Shown piece after piece: positions 13,055-26,110 of a DNA stretch of 64,000 nt. A model generated the notes under the pieces. It saw nothing but the letters and a program-made list of their open reading frames with translations, was not told the origin of the DNA and did not search any database. The DNA comes from Mobula hypostoma (Eukaryota): NCBI RefSeq assembly GCF_963921235.1, contig NC_086097.1, positions 138,386,001 through 138,450,000 of the forward strand, read 5' to 3'. Position numbers and translations under genes: made by a program. Each line of letters starts with the position of its first letter. The first letter of the stretch is position 1.

Positions 13055-13785
13055 CAAATGGTGCAAGCTAAATCATCTGCAGCTCAACATCAGTAAGGCA
13101 AAGGAGATTGTGACAGACTTCAGGAAGGCTAAACCTGCACTGCTCCCTGATGGTGAGGATGTGGATGCGGTGAGGACCTGGGGCGTGCACCTGACTAACA
13201 GACTTGAGCGGAGCACCAACACAGAGGCTGTGTACAAGAAGGGCCAGAGTCGCTTCTACTTCCTGAGGAGACTGAGGTCCTTTGGAGTATGCAGGCCTCT
13301 CTTCGACCAGTCTGTTGGCAACAGTACAATCTTCTTTGCAGTGGTATACTGGGGCAATGACATCAACATGGGTGATGCCAACAGGCTAAATAAATTGATT
13401 GGAAAGGCTGGCTGTTATAGGAGTCAAACTGAACACACTGGAGGCTGTGGTAGAACAAGGGACCCTACGGAAAATCCTGGAAATTCTGGACGTTTCTCAC
13501 TGTCTACATGCCAGCTTGGTTGAACAGAGGAGCACTTTTAGTAACAGATTAAGACAACTACGCTGCTCCAAAGAGTGCTCTATATAAGGTCATTCTTACC
13601 CTCGGCCATTAGGCTCTATAATGAATCAACCTATAGCCAGGGAAGTGATGACCCCCTCCTGTTAAGACTGTTGAGGTAACTTTTTTTTTTCTTTCTTACT
13701 TCCCTTCTAGTACTTGTATATCCGTGCAATTGCAGTGCTACTGTGATACTGTAATTTCCTTTGGGATCAATAAAGTATCTGTCTA
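13055..13785 (+). mobile_element. Rex1/Babar-type LINE 3' fragment
   Basis: ORF 13110-13523 (DFRK..GVHL..KKGQSRFYFLRRLRSFGV). 3' end GGGATCAATAAAGTATCT. Same family as 38005-39905. Confidence 0.8.
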
Positions 13786-15274
13786 AATTAGCTTAAGTGT
13801 CAACTCTGGTAGCAATTCAACTTCCAGTCAACAGCCTGAGTTGAAGCATCTAATCCAAATGGTATTGTAGTACTGAAGGAATGGTACACAGACACTATCT
13901 TCAGACAAGATATTGAATTGAGGCTATGTTCTGCCCTTCCAGATCATTGCTGAACACCACAATGCTACCTCAAGAAATGGTCAATTCTATATTGTACCCT
14001 GGCCAATATTAATTGCAAAAAAATTAATAACTTTCTTGATTGTGGGAACTTGTTTTGTTCAAACTAGCTGCTCCATTTCCTTTACCAGCTGAGGTCATGA
14101 AAACAGCTCCAAAAGTAAGCTTTCTATTCTTTTATTGTGCTTTTCTGACACAAGTTTGGAATCCATTGCATCATTTTGCAAATGGTACATCAATTCCCTG
14201 ATGAGCTTAACATTATCTGTGCGCACGTTGAAAGGGAGAATAGCACAGTACCTGTGTGAATTCCCATAGCATCCAGAGACCTTGTGATCTCTGTCTAGAA
14301 GTTGATGTCAGAATATCCTTCAAAGAGGTGAATCCTCGCAAGCTGTCAGGCCCTGACGGTGTACTGAAAATCTATGTCGACCAAATGGCTGAGTGTTCAA
14401 GCACATCTTCAACCTCTCACTGCTGCAGTCTGAGGTTTCCTACGGCTTCAAAAGTGCAGTAAATCATACCAGAGCCCAAGAGGAGTAGGGTGAGCTGCCT
14501 CAACAAACATGAACTGGCAGCAATCACATGTAATGAAGTGCTTTGAGAGGTTGGCTATAGCTAAAATTAGTGTCTACCTGACCAAAGGTCTGGATCCACT
14601 GCCACAGCAGGTCGACAGCAGATACAAACTCACTGACTCTCCGCTCCGCTTTGGAGCACCTAGACAAGAGCAAAACATATGTCAAGCTGCTGTTCACCAA
14701 CTATAGCTCAGTATTCAATGTCATCAACCCCTCCATATTAATCACTAAGGTTTTAAACCTGGGCCTCAGTATTTCCCTCTATAACCAGGTCCATGACTTC
14801 ATCATCAGAAGACCACAGCCAGTATGGATCGGTGATAACATCTCCATATTGCCAATCAACACAGAGGTACCTCAGGAAATGTGCTAACCCATTGCTCTAC
14901 CCTTGCCACATGACTATGCGGCTAAGCACATCTCAAGTGCTATCTATAAATTCACAGATGACACCACTGCTGTTGGTAAAATCTCAAATGCTGACAAAAT
15001 AGCATGAAGAAGAAAGATAAATTGGCTGGTTGTGTTGTGTTGCACTGCACCTTTGGACAATCATGCACTCAGCAATAGCAAAGACCAACAAATTGGAGTG
15101 GACTTCAGGAAGAACACACGCCAGTCCTCACTGAGAGGTCAGCATTGGAAAGGGCAAGCTGCTTCAGCTAGATCCCAGCTGTCAACGTCTTGAGATTGCC
15201 AAATCCTGAAGCAGTCATGAAGGCATCACAACAGGGGCTCTAATTTATTAGGACTTTAAGATTTGTTATGTTCA

Positions 15275-15890
15275 AAGGTTCATTTCTTATCACAGTACAG
15301 AACTCTGAAATTCTTCTTCTCCAGATAGACACAAAACCAAGAAAGACCATCAGCCCCCAAATCCAACTCCCCCACACAAAAAAACGAGAAAGATCGGGCC
15401 AAAAACACAGAATATAAAAAAAACTATAAGACTGAAAATATAAGGCCATAGTCCAAACCGATCTATTTCCAAAAAGCAGAAAACCTGGGTAACATGCTCC
15501 AGGCATAGTGGCAGCCTCTCCCCTCTCCGTCAGCAGAGCGATCCCACCAGCGATCAAAAGGCAGGCAGCCGGCATGCACCTTCCACATTCACCTCGATGT
15601 TTCAATCTCACTTTCTTGCTTTAATTGGCGAACAGTGTAAGCTTCAATCACCGAAGTGGAGTCAAACATCAGCTCGCACCCCGTCTCACAGTCTCCTTGC
15701 CATGAGATTTGTGCTCACTGGCTCTACCTCCCAGTAGTCTCTCTGAGACTGCAAATCACAGCCTCCGACAGTTCCAGAATCATACTCAAGACAAAAAGCA
15801 GACATAAGAGACAAAAGTGAAATAACTGGTTTCGTGGTCTATCCAGAAGATGTCAACTGTGGGAGCGTTGTACACGGGTGCCATTTGGAC
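15275..15890 (-). mobile_element. Non-coding retroposon-like repeat (same head as 31772-32690)
   Basis: Shares the GAAGATGTCA..GTTGT..CCAT.T.GAC end and the AAGGTTCATTT end with 31772-32690. Confidence 0.55.
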
Positions 15891-15944
15891 CAGAACACCA
15901 AGTATTCCTACCAATTTCAATACTATACTCAAGCTCAGGAAAAG

Positions 15945-16702
15945 ACAATGCATCCAACGGCGACTCCTTTGCTTGCATCTTCGGAAACAGCTCTATTTCC
16001 ATCTCTAATACCTCCTTTTTTCCATTTCAGAGTTCTTTTGAAAACTCTGACCCGGAGTTACACACTGACTTCAGTTCTTTGTGAGAATGGGACCCATTCT
16101 CGGGGTTTTATGTCTGGCCATTATTCAATATGCCAAGGATGCGGTCTAAGAGATTAGCTCGCCTTTGGAGTTCCTGGATCCCATGGCTCTGGAGACCGCT
16201 GGACCAAAGGTCAGTGCCTCTGCAGGAATCTGGTGTGTTGTGGGAGACAGAAGGTAAAAGCAGTGAGCTGGCTGCTGGCTGTGTGCCCAAAGACCCGAGT
16301 TCTTTGGGGACAGAGCTCAGAAAAAGCGACACAACAGACTTAACATCGTATCAGCATGTTGTTTGTTATGTCTCCCCTCTTGCTGTGAAGTGGAGACACC
16401 TCTTTCTCCCTTATTAGTGAACAAGAAGTCTTTGGGGTACTGCACGTCTGTGTGTTTGCTGATGTTTTGCTGCACGCTTGAGTGCTCGGTGGTGGGTGCT
16501 GATGCTTTTTCTTTGCTGGTGGGAGATGGGGGACTGTTGCTTTGCTGCTGCTTACGCGTGGGACGGGGGAGCTCTGGGGTTCTAACATTTAACTGTCGTT
16601 CATCCTTTGGGGGAACTCCTCTGTTTTCGTGGATGGTTGCGAAGGCAAAGTATTTCGGGATGTATATTGCATACATTTCTCTGACATTAAATGTAGCTTT
16701 GA
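15945..16702 (+). mobile_element. Non-coding retroposon-like repeat
   Basis: Discrete insertion in the Rex1 remnant. TG-rich 3' half ending CTGACATTAAATG..CTTTGA. Confidence 0.5.
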
Positions 16703-17799
16703 AAATCTATAGCATTCTGACTGGTACATCACAGCCTAGTAATGGAGACTCCAATGCACAGGATGGCAAGAAGCCATGGTTGTAGACTCAGCCAATCCCA
16801 TCATGGGCACAACCATCCCCACCATCGAAGGCATCTTCAAGGGTGGCACTTCAACAAAGTACATCCATCAGCAAGGATTCTCACCATCCCAGACATATCC
16901 TCCCCTTGTTACGACCATCAGGGAGAGGCTTAATGCTTACACTCAGCAATTCAGAAAAAGCTTCCTCCCTCCACAAGATTTCTGAATGGTCTACAAACAT
17001 AACCTCATTATTTCTTTTCTTGAACCATTTATTTTGTAATTTATAGTAATTTTCTGTCGTTGCACCGCATAAATAAATTTCATACCATAAGACATTGATA
17101 ATAAACCTGACTGAACTGCACTGCAGCTGCTCACCTAGGTGTTACAACAGCACCTTTCAAGAATGACACAGCATTCAGGTTAATGGGATGACCACTGCCC
17201 CGTGGTTCCTCTCCAAACACTGGAAAATATCAATTCTTCATCATTGTTATACTTAAATCCTGTCCTCCACAAATCTGATTTATGCTAAGGTGCAGCACCT
17301 TCTCAGGGAGACCAATGTTCACGTCTGAAACTTAATTTCATCAAAGTATTCATTTGATCAAAGTTTTTAAAAAATCAGATGCATTAAGGTGCACAAAGTC
17401 GGGAAAGAAATCACAGAGTCCATTAGAGAGATATTGGCTTTATTGTTAGCCATTGGTGAAGTTCAAATGACTGGGGGGTGGCTAATGTTGTCCCATTGTT
17501 CAAGAAGGGTAGCCAGGAAAGGCCAGGGCACAACAGGCCAATGAGTGACTTCAGTTGCAAGGAGAGATTAAAGAATAGTTTTATTTGCCACATGTACATC
17601 GAAACATACAGTGAAATGTATAATTTTCATCAAATCAGTGAGCACTGGGCTGGGCAGACTGTAAGCAATGCCACATTGCTGACACCAACATAGCATGCTC
17701 AGAACTCACTAATCCTAACAGTACATCTTTGTACTATGGGGGGGATACGGGCACTTCAGCAGTCAGGGCATCAAATTTAAGAGCAGGGACACTATGTTG

Positions 17800-20330
17800 C
17801 ATCTGTTTCACTGAGACATGAACTCACTAAAGACACAGTGGGCACAGCAGTGCAGCTTAAGGTATTCTGCAGATCAACAGGAGACCGAATGGATCAACCT
17901 GCAGAACATTCAGGAAAGGCAAAAAGTGGTGATTTATGTTTCATGATAAACTCGTGGTGCTCGGACACAGCAGTCTTGTCATACTCTTGTTCTCCCGACT
18001 TGGAACATCTAATGATTAAGTGCCAACCCTTCCATCTATTGAGAGGGTTCTTCTCCATGATCCTGACCACAGATTACATACCGCCAAAGGCAGATGTTAA
18101 GCAAGGACTCAATGTATTGAGTGCCACAATATGCAAACAAGAAACAACCTACCCCGATGCCTTCACATAATTATTGGGGACTTAAACCAAGCTTGCTTGA
18201 AGAAATCTTTGTCCAATTCTCTCAACATATCACCTGCATCACCAGGGGTCCCAACACACTTGACCACGGTTATACTACGATCAGGAATGCTTACTGTTCA
18301 TCCCTGGACCGGATTTTGGGAAATCTAATCATCTGACTGTCCTCTCTTACCTGTGTACAGGCAGAAGAGCGGTTTTGGAATTGCTTTAATTTGGTGGACT
18401 GTGCCATGTTCAAGGACTCACTTGAGGACCTGAATGAATATACTACAGTTGTCATGGACTTTATAAAGAATTTCCAGGTATGACCTCTGGAAAGTCATCT
18501 CCCATACAAAGTGGCAGTTCTGGAACAAAATTGAAATACAGAAGAATGCTCGACAGCTGTGGCAGGGCTTGAATGTTTTCACCTCCGACAAGCAACGTAA
18601 ATGACAACAAGGTTTTACTCCCAGGTGAGCTTAATGCCTTTTTTTACTTGCTCTGACTGACAAAACATGAAAGCATCTTCACAAACTCCCACAACCCCTC
18701 CCCCCCCCCATGACCCAGTGATTTTATTCTCTAAAGCCAATGTGAGAGCATCCTTTAGGAGGGTGAACCCATGAAAAGCACCTAGCCTAAATGGTGTACC
18801 TGGCCGAGTACAGAAAACCCGCGCTAATCCACTGGCTGGAGTGTTCACTGACACCTTTATCCTCTCGCTTTGGCAGTCTGAGGTACCCATCTGCTTCAAG
18901 CACACTACAATCATACTGGTGCCCAGGAAAAACATGGTAACCTGCCTCAATGATTATCATCCAGTATCAGAGTGATGAAGCGCTTTTAGAGGTTGGTATT
19001 TGAAGCATATCAACTTCTGCCTAAAGAGTGATTTGAATCCATTTCAAATTGCCGACTCTCGAAAAAGGTCAACAGCAGACACAAAAAATGGGGCTGGTGA
19101 ACGCAGCAGGCCAGGCAGCATCTAAAGGAAGAGGTACAGTCGACGTTTCGGGCCGAGACCCTTCATCAGGACTAACTTCATTAGCTCTCTGCTAAGCTCT
19201 GGACCATCTGGACAAAGATACAGACATCAGAATGCCCTTCATTGAGTACAGCTCAGCAATTAACACTATCGTCCCCACAAAACTAATCAGCAAGCTCCAT
19301 TCTCGGCCTCAATATCTACTCGGTAACTGTATCTGCAATTTCTTCACTCGCAGACCCCAGTCAGTACAAATTGGCAACAACAACTCCTCCACAACCACCA
19401 TTAGAAGAGATGCACCACAAGTCTGTGTGCTTACCCCCTGCTCTATTGCTTTATACTTTTGACTGTGAGGCCAAGAACAGTTCCAATACCATATTTAAGT
19501 TTCCTGGCATCACCACTTTTGGTGGCTGAATCAAAGGTGGTGATGAATCAGCATACAGGAGGGAGATTGAAAATATTGTTGAATGGTTTCACAACAACAA
19601 CCTCTCACTGAATATAAGCAAAACGAAAGAGCTGATTTTTGACTACAGGAAGGTGAAATGGGGGGGGGTCCATGAGTCAGTGCTCATTAGGGGATCAAAA
19701 GTGGAGGGTGTCAGGAACTTTAAATTCCTGTACGTTACCATATCAGATGATCTGTCCTGGAAATGCAATTTCCCAAGAAAGTACAGCAGGTCCTCTACTT
19801 TCTTAGAAGTTTACACAGATTTGACGTGTCATCTAAAACTCCGACAAAGTTCTGTAGATGCACAGTGGAGACCATCCTGACTGGTTCCATTGTGGTCTGG
19901 TATGGAAACACCAGTGGCCAAGAACTGAAAAGCTGACAAAAGGTGGCCCAATTAATCAGAAGAAAAGCAGCATCCACCAAGGACCACCCCCGCCCCCCAC
20001 ATAATCCAGGCCACGCTCACTTCTTACTGTTACCATCAGGAAGGTGGCCTTAGCTCCCGTACCACCAGGTTCAGAAACAGTTATTACTCCTCAACCATCA
20101 GCTGGATGGTTTCACTCACCACAACACTGAACTGATAAATGAACACAAACTCTGGAATCTTTCAAGGACTCTACAACTCATGTTCTCTATTTATTTATTG
20201 CTGCTTGTTTCTTTTTATATTTGCACATTTTCTTTATGTTGTTTTTCATTGATTCTATTGTATTTTCTTCTACTGTGAATGCCTACAAGAAAATGCCTTA
20301 GTATTTAGTGACATACATACTTAATAAGTT
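17800..20330 (+). mobile_element. Degenerate Rex1/Babar LINE (APE endonuclease + RT + 3' UTR)
   Basis: APE-like LCFMINSWC, IIIGDLNQ and TRGPNTLDH. RT-like [11 protein letters not shown]. Many stops and frameshifts. Confidence 0.75.
19080..19177 (-). mobile_element. Short PLE terminal fragment with intact minimal hammerhead core (19138-19173)
   Basis: Minus strand AGTC-CTGATGA-AGGGTCTCGGCCC-GAAAC-GTC-GACT, near-identical to the termini at 46198 and 63305. Confidence 0.8.
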
Positions 20331-22680
20331 TGAACTATACAAGTTATTAGTAAAAACACAATTGGAGCATTGTGTACAGTTTTGGTCACCATTATAGGAA
20401 AGACATCGTGAAGCTGGAGAGGTTGCAGATTTATGATGATGTTGCCTGAACTAAAGGGTCTGAATTGGATAGAGTGAGAGGTTCAGCCACTATGAGCCTT
20501 TATTCCTTGGGGTATTTTTACTCACCTCATTCCTGTCCTGCACTAACACAAGTATCCAATGCTTTTAGTTCAAGTAAATAGGTAAATTTTATAAAACAGA
20601 CTTTCAGTGCATGTATAAACTACATAAATATCTTATACAATTTTCATCAATGCACCATAGAAACACTACCTACATGTTCTGCACATTACCGCATGAAACT
20701 GCAGTGTTGTGACAGAGCTCAGTACATCTCAGAAAGCAGCCTCCTGTATCTATACTTTTTGTTGACTTAGTAAAGCAGCTAGCAGAATAAAAAGCCTCAC
20801 CCACCCTGGATATTCTCTCTTCTCATTGGGCAGATACAAATTTCTGAAAACACTCCCACCAGGCTCATGGACAGCTTCTGTCCCATCATTATCAGAGTCC
20901 TAAATGAAACTACCTTGTTAGATCTTGCACTTTGTTTACCCACACTGCATTTTCTGTCTTGATGAAGGGTCAAGGGTCTCAGCCCGAAACACCAACTGTT
21001 TACTCTTTTCCATAGATGCTGCCTGGCCTCCAGAGTTCCTCCAGCATTTTGTGTGTGTTGCTTTGGATTTCCAGCATCTGCAGATTCTCTTATGTTTGTG
21101 ATTCGACTGCACTTTCTCTGTAACTTTTAATTTATTCTGAATTATGGCTCTTGTTCTACTTCAATGACTATATAATGATTTGATCTATATGAGCAGCAAG
21201 CACGACAAGCTTTTCACTGTTATCTTGGTGTATCTGACGATAATAAACCAACACCAAACCAATATATTTGTAATGGAGTCCATTCAGCCCATTGATTCTG
21301 TGTTGGCTTCCATGCATATGGTGGACACTGCCCAGCCCATCACATCCACCAAGGGTGCTGCCACAAAAAAAGCAGCATTCATCATCAAGGACTGCCATCA
21401 TCCAGTCCATGCTCTCTTCTCATTGCTGCCATTGGGAAGGAGATACAGGAGCCTTTGGTCCCACACCAGCAGGTTCACCATCAATCACCTGAAGCAACAT
21501 GGATAACTTGGGACACCTCAACTCTGCAGAACCGATGGATTCACTTTCAAGGATTCTACAACTCATGTTCTCAGAATTACTTTTTCAAAAATATTCAGTT
21601 TGTCTTCTTTTGCACCTTAGTTGTTTGTTAGTCTATGTGTGTCGTTTTTCATTGATTCTATTGTATTTCATTGTTTTATTGTGAACACCTGCAAGAAAAT
21701 GAATCTCAAGGTAGTATATGATGACATATAGGTACATAGACAATACATTTACTTTAAACAAAAAGCAATCCCATTTGGAAGATGGTAGGGGAGGGAGGTT
21801 TGGCAGGAGGGCTCATTTCCAATGCACACCTCCAACACATCCTCTTCACAGATGCCCATCAATTCTCCTTGGATTTTCTTTTTTACCATTAATCTACCAA
21901 CAAGTTTCTGGGATGTGGGAGAAAAACAGCACATTGTGAAGACATGCAAACCACAAACAGACAAGACGAAAGTTAGGGCTAAACCCAGGTCACTGAAGCC
22001 CTGATGTAGTAGCATTAGCTACTGTAGGGTACCATAAAAGCCGCCATACAGATGGATTTTAAATCTGTATGATAATGCTTTCAAGTTATTAACTTGCTCC
22101 ATGAATTGTCCATCAGAAGTGTGACAGTCCATGGTTACAATCAACCTTTACAAGCATTGCAAAGTTAAAATGAACACATTTAAGAGCATCAGCAACTCTT
22201 CAATAACTTCCAGTGATAAAGTAACAATGTAACTAAATATTTTGATGCACTTTAATAAAACAGGTGTGCATGCATTTTCTCTCTGGAGTTGGAACAAAAT
22301 TCAGTATGGCCCAAGGGCATTATGGCCAAGGAACTTGTGTACTCTAATCATTGGTGCACAATGAAAGATACTGTGCAGCCAATTGTAACACAGCAAGATC
22401 TTACAAATAACCATTGACAATCTATTTGTGTTAGCCAGCTTACTAAGAAAACACACCTGACATTGCCCAAAAGTACTTACCATACACTTGTTTCAATTAA
22501 GCAAACTATAAGGTTGCCAAATTGTCAGCAACACCAAACTAATCCATTGAAGCCTGCACAGGGAAGGGAAGGGAAGTGAATGAGCCAGAATGGGCCATCT
22601 TTATGAAGTCTGTGCACAAGTGCCAAAACAGATTTGAGCAAGTAGTACACAAGCTTCAACCTGTGACCCCCTTATAAACT

Positions 22681-24279
22681 TAGTGGCATGCAAAAGTTTG
22701 GGCACCCCGGTCAAAATTTCTGTTACTATGAATAGCTATGCGAGTAAAAGATGACTTGATTTCCAAAAGGCATAAAATTAAAGATGACACATTTCTTTAA
22801 TATTATAAACAAGAAAACTTTTTTTTCCATCTTTTACAGTTTCAAAATAACAAAAAAGGAAAAGGGTCCGAAGCAAATGTTTGGGCACCCTGCATGGTCA
22901 GTACTTAGTAACACCCCCTTTGGCAAGTATCACAGCTTGTAAATGCTTTCTGTAGCCAGCTAAGAGTCTTTCAATTCTTGTTTGGGGGATTTTCGCCCGT
23001 TCTTCCTTGCAAGAGGCTTCTAATTCTGTGAGATTCTTGGGCCCTCTTGCATGCACTGCTCTTTTGAGGTCTATCCACAGATTTTCAATGATGTTTAAGT
23101 CGGGGGACTGTGAGGGCTATGACAAAACCTACAGCTTGCGCCTCTTGAGGTAATTCATTGTGGATTTTGAAGTGTGTTTAGGATCATTATCCTGCTGTAG
23201 AAGCCATCCTCTTTTCATCTTCAGCCTTTTTTTACAGACGGTGTGATGTTTGCTTCCAGAATTTGCTGGTATTTAATTGAATTCATTCTTCCCTCTACCA
23301 GTGAAATGCTCCCTGTGCTACTGGCTGCAACACAAGCCCAAAGCATGATCGATCCACCCCCGTGCTTAACAGTTGGAGAGGTGTTCTTTTCATAAAATTC
23401 TGCACCCTTTTTCTCCAAACATACCTTTGCTCACTGCATCCAAAAAGTTCTATTTTAACTTCGTCAGTCCACATGACTTGTTTCCAAAATGCATCAGGCT
23501 TGTTTAGATGTTCCCTTGCAAACTTCTGATGCTGAATTCTGTGGTGAGGATGCAGGAAAGGTTTTCTTCTGATGACTCTTCCATGAAGGTCATATTTGTG
23601 CAGGTGTCGCTGCACAGTAGAACAGCGCACCACCATTCCAGAGTCTGCTAAGTCTTCCTGAAGGTCTTTTTGCAGTCAAACGGGAGTTTTGATTTGCCTT
23701 CCTAGCAATTCTACGAGCAGTTCTCTCGGAAAGTTTTCTTGGTCTTGACCTCAACTTGACCTCCACCATTCCTGTTAACTGCCATTTCTTAATTACATTA
23801 CAGACTGAGGAAATGACTACCTGAAAACGCTTTGCTATCTTCTTGTAGCCTTCTCCTGCTTTGTGTGTATCATTTATTTCAATTTTCAGAGTGCTAGGCA
23901 GCTGCTTAGAGGAGCCCATTGCTGTTGATTGTTGGGACAAGGTTTGAGGAGTTAGGGTACTCACAAAGCTTTGAAATTTGCATTACCTGGCCTTTCCTAA
24001 CAATGACTGTGAACAGGTCATAGCCCTAACAAGCTAATTAAGGTCTGAGACCTTGGTAAAAGTTATCTGAGAGTTCAAATCTCTTCCGGTGCCCAAACTT
24101 TTGCATGGTACTCCTTTCCTTTCTTTCACTTTAAAATTGTACAAAACAAAAATAATGTACTAATCTTGCTTAAAATGTTGAAAAGAATGTTTCATCTTTA
24201 CAGTTCATCTTCTACTCACTTAACTATTCACAGTAACAGAAATTTTGACCAGGGGTGTCCAAACTTTGGCATACCACTG
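22681..24279 (-). mobile_element. Full-length Tc1-family DNA transposon, IR/DR type
   Basis: Termini TAGTGGCATGCAAAAGTTTGGGCACCC and GGGTGTCCAAACTTTGGCATACCACTG|TA. Inner repeats at ~22871-22890 and ~24088-24108. Length 1.6 kb. Confidence 0.93.
22898..23919 (-). pseudogene. Tc1 transposase, frameshifted
   Basis: MGSSKQL..GEGYKKIAKRF..RPRK, WTDEVKIELFG, KHGGGSIMLW, QQDNDPKH, ending GVTKY*. About 340 codons across several frames. Confidence 0.9.
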
Positions 24280-24889
24280 TATACTGTGAGGCATGACCTC
24301 AGGCTTCAAACATATGAGGATCTTTCTTCCACTACTGTCAACTCCCACTTATACCACCACTGATACTGAACTGCCTTCTCAACGGTCATAAATATTTTGA
24401 CACCAAAATCTTTGTGTGTCAACCTTGTTTACCCACGCCATAGCCTTTCTCCAAATAATCCACAAGCTCTACTGCTCTGAGCTCATGTCCCCTCTCCCAA
24501 GCTCTGGTCCCCATTCTGTCCACAATCTTGCGACCACTGTCACCAATTCACCCCGAGCATCACTCCTCACCCCATCAAGTTCCAGCTCCAGCCCTCACTC
24601 ACTTCATGGCTTTGCAGTCGTTTTCACCAAACCCAATGAGACCCACACAGCCCCCCAAAAACCACTTTCTCCACATGTTCTTTCCCAACCTTACCCCACC
24701 ATTCTCCCCACGTGGCCTGAATCCCAGAAACCCCACTCTTGGCACGTATCCAACCCTAAAATCAATCTTCATTCTCCCCATGTGACCCACTGCCAAGCAG
24801 GCTCCCCCACTCACCCCGCGTGATCCTCCAAAAAGCAGGCCTTTCCCACTCGCTCTGCGTGGCCCACCAACAGGCAGGCCCCCCCCCAC

Positions 24890-25480
24890 TTTTTTTTTTA
24901 CAAAACTATAAAAGTTTATTCACATCACAATTACACAAGGTACATACATTCAGTACTTACAAGACGGTGAGTGCACTCAGATTAAAATATGGTTACTACC
25001 ATCCTCAGGGGGCCCACCACTCCCAAAAGTCCCCCATGTACTCATTGCGACCACATGCTCCCTCTCCCAGGACAGCTGGCGTGAACGTATCCTCAGAAAA
25101 GGGGCAGGTGGTCAGCCCAAGCAGCACCCTGCACTTTCCGCCGCCTAGACCCATGATTTGCCAACTTAGCCAGGCCCAGGAGCATGCCCACCAGGAGATC
25201 ATCCTCAGGAACTGCCCCCTTCCAAACTAGGTGCCCATATATGAGGAGCACGGGACTAAAATGTAGCCAGAACCCAAGAGCAGCCCCTTCAGAAACTCAA
25301 ACAGGGGCTACAACCTCTCACGTTCCGTGTAGCTTGGTATCCTGACTCCTGCCGTCCTCAAAATGGACAGGTAGACGGGGTGCAAACCTGCTCAAAATCT
25401 GTACTGCCCAATGCAACACCTTCCACCCTAAGTCCCCAGTGTACAGTAGAAGCACCCCTGCATAGAGTTCCATTGGAGAC
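24890..25480 (-). mobile_element. L1/Tx1-type LINE 3' fragment with AATAAA and poly(A)
   Basis: LYAGVLLLYTGDLGWKVLH and LLGLAKLA-like motifs. TTTATT at 24915-24920 and a T-run at 24890-24899. Confidence 0.7.
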
Positions 25481-25689
25481 CCCCTCCACTGCGACGGTAA
25501 CATAAACTCACCCCACGTAACCCACCCCCCACTCACCCCATTTCCCAACCTCAAGCAACTCTCCCCCACTCACCCTGTACCCCACAACGAAACAGACCCA
25601 TCCCATTCCTAAACACGCTCAGTCACCCCGTGATCCTGTCCCCACTCTCCCATCACCTTGCCAACACAATCACCTTCACTCAGCTCTAA

Positions 25690-26110
25690 GCACCTCACTC
25701 CCCACGGCCGCGCCAACAAAGGCTCAGCAGCAAGCCTATAAGTAAACAATCGGAACCCCAAATCCGCTTCAGCAACCCGGGAACAACTCACCCTCCCAGG
25801 TCACATCGAACATGTCCGCGACCGACGCCATGTTGTACGCTACATCACGTGACCCGACGCCCCCACGCACAGTCATCCCGCCCCTTCACCTCCGTCGTCA
25901 AATAGGAGCTAGCTGATTTCCCAGCGAGCGGGCGGTTCAGGGACGGGGCTTCTGCGCAAGTTGGCGATCCTCGCATCTGATTGGCAAGTTACCACCACTA
26001 TGTTAATCACTGAGGCAACGCAGCGTCTGCACACGTACGGCGTCCGTACGTCACCTGTCGTACACTGGTGTCCGCCGCCTCACCTTTATCCAGGACCTCA
26101 CCTGTTCGCT
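25690..26110 (-). promoter_or_regulatory. CpG-island promoter of EMC2
   Basis: CpG-dense island around exon 1. E-box GTCACGTGAT at 25844-25853, GC box at 25877-25884, CCAAT box GCCAATCAG at 25977-25985. Confidence 0.8.
25792..25831 (-). CDS. EMC2: ER membrane protein complex subunit 2, coding exon 1
   Basis: ATG at 25831. 40 nt MASVADMFDVTWE+G then GTGAGT (human MAKVSELYDVTWEE). Joins exon 2 in frame. Confidence 0.95.

Larger units (their letters stand above)
14190..17110 (+). mobile_element. Degenerate Rex1/Babar RT, split by two insertions (15275-16702)
   Basis: GPDGV, MKCFERL, EHLDKSKTYVKLLFTNYSSVFN and KFTDDT motifs. The C-terminal part resumes at ~16705. Confidence 0.7.

Noticed and set aside
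24400..24880. Pro/Ser/His-rich ORFs near exon 1
   Set aside because: Low-complexity C-rich strand skew downstream of the CpG promoter; no splice or homology support.
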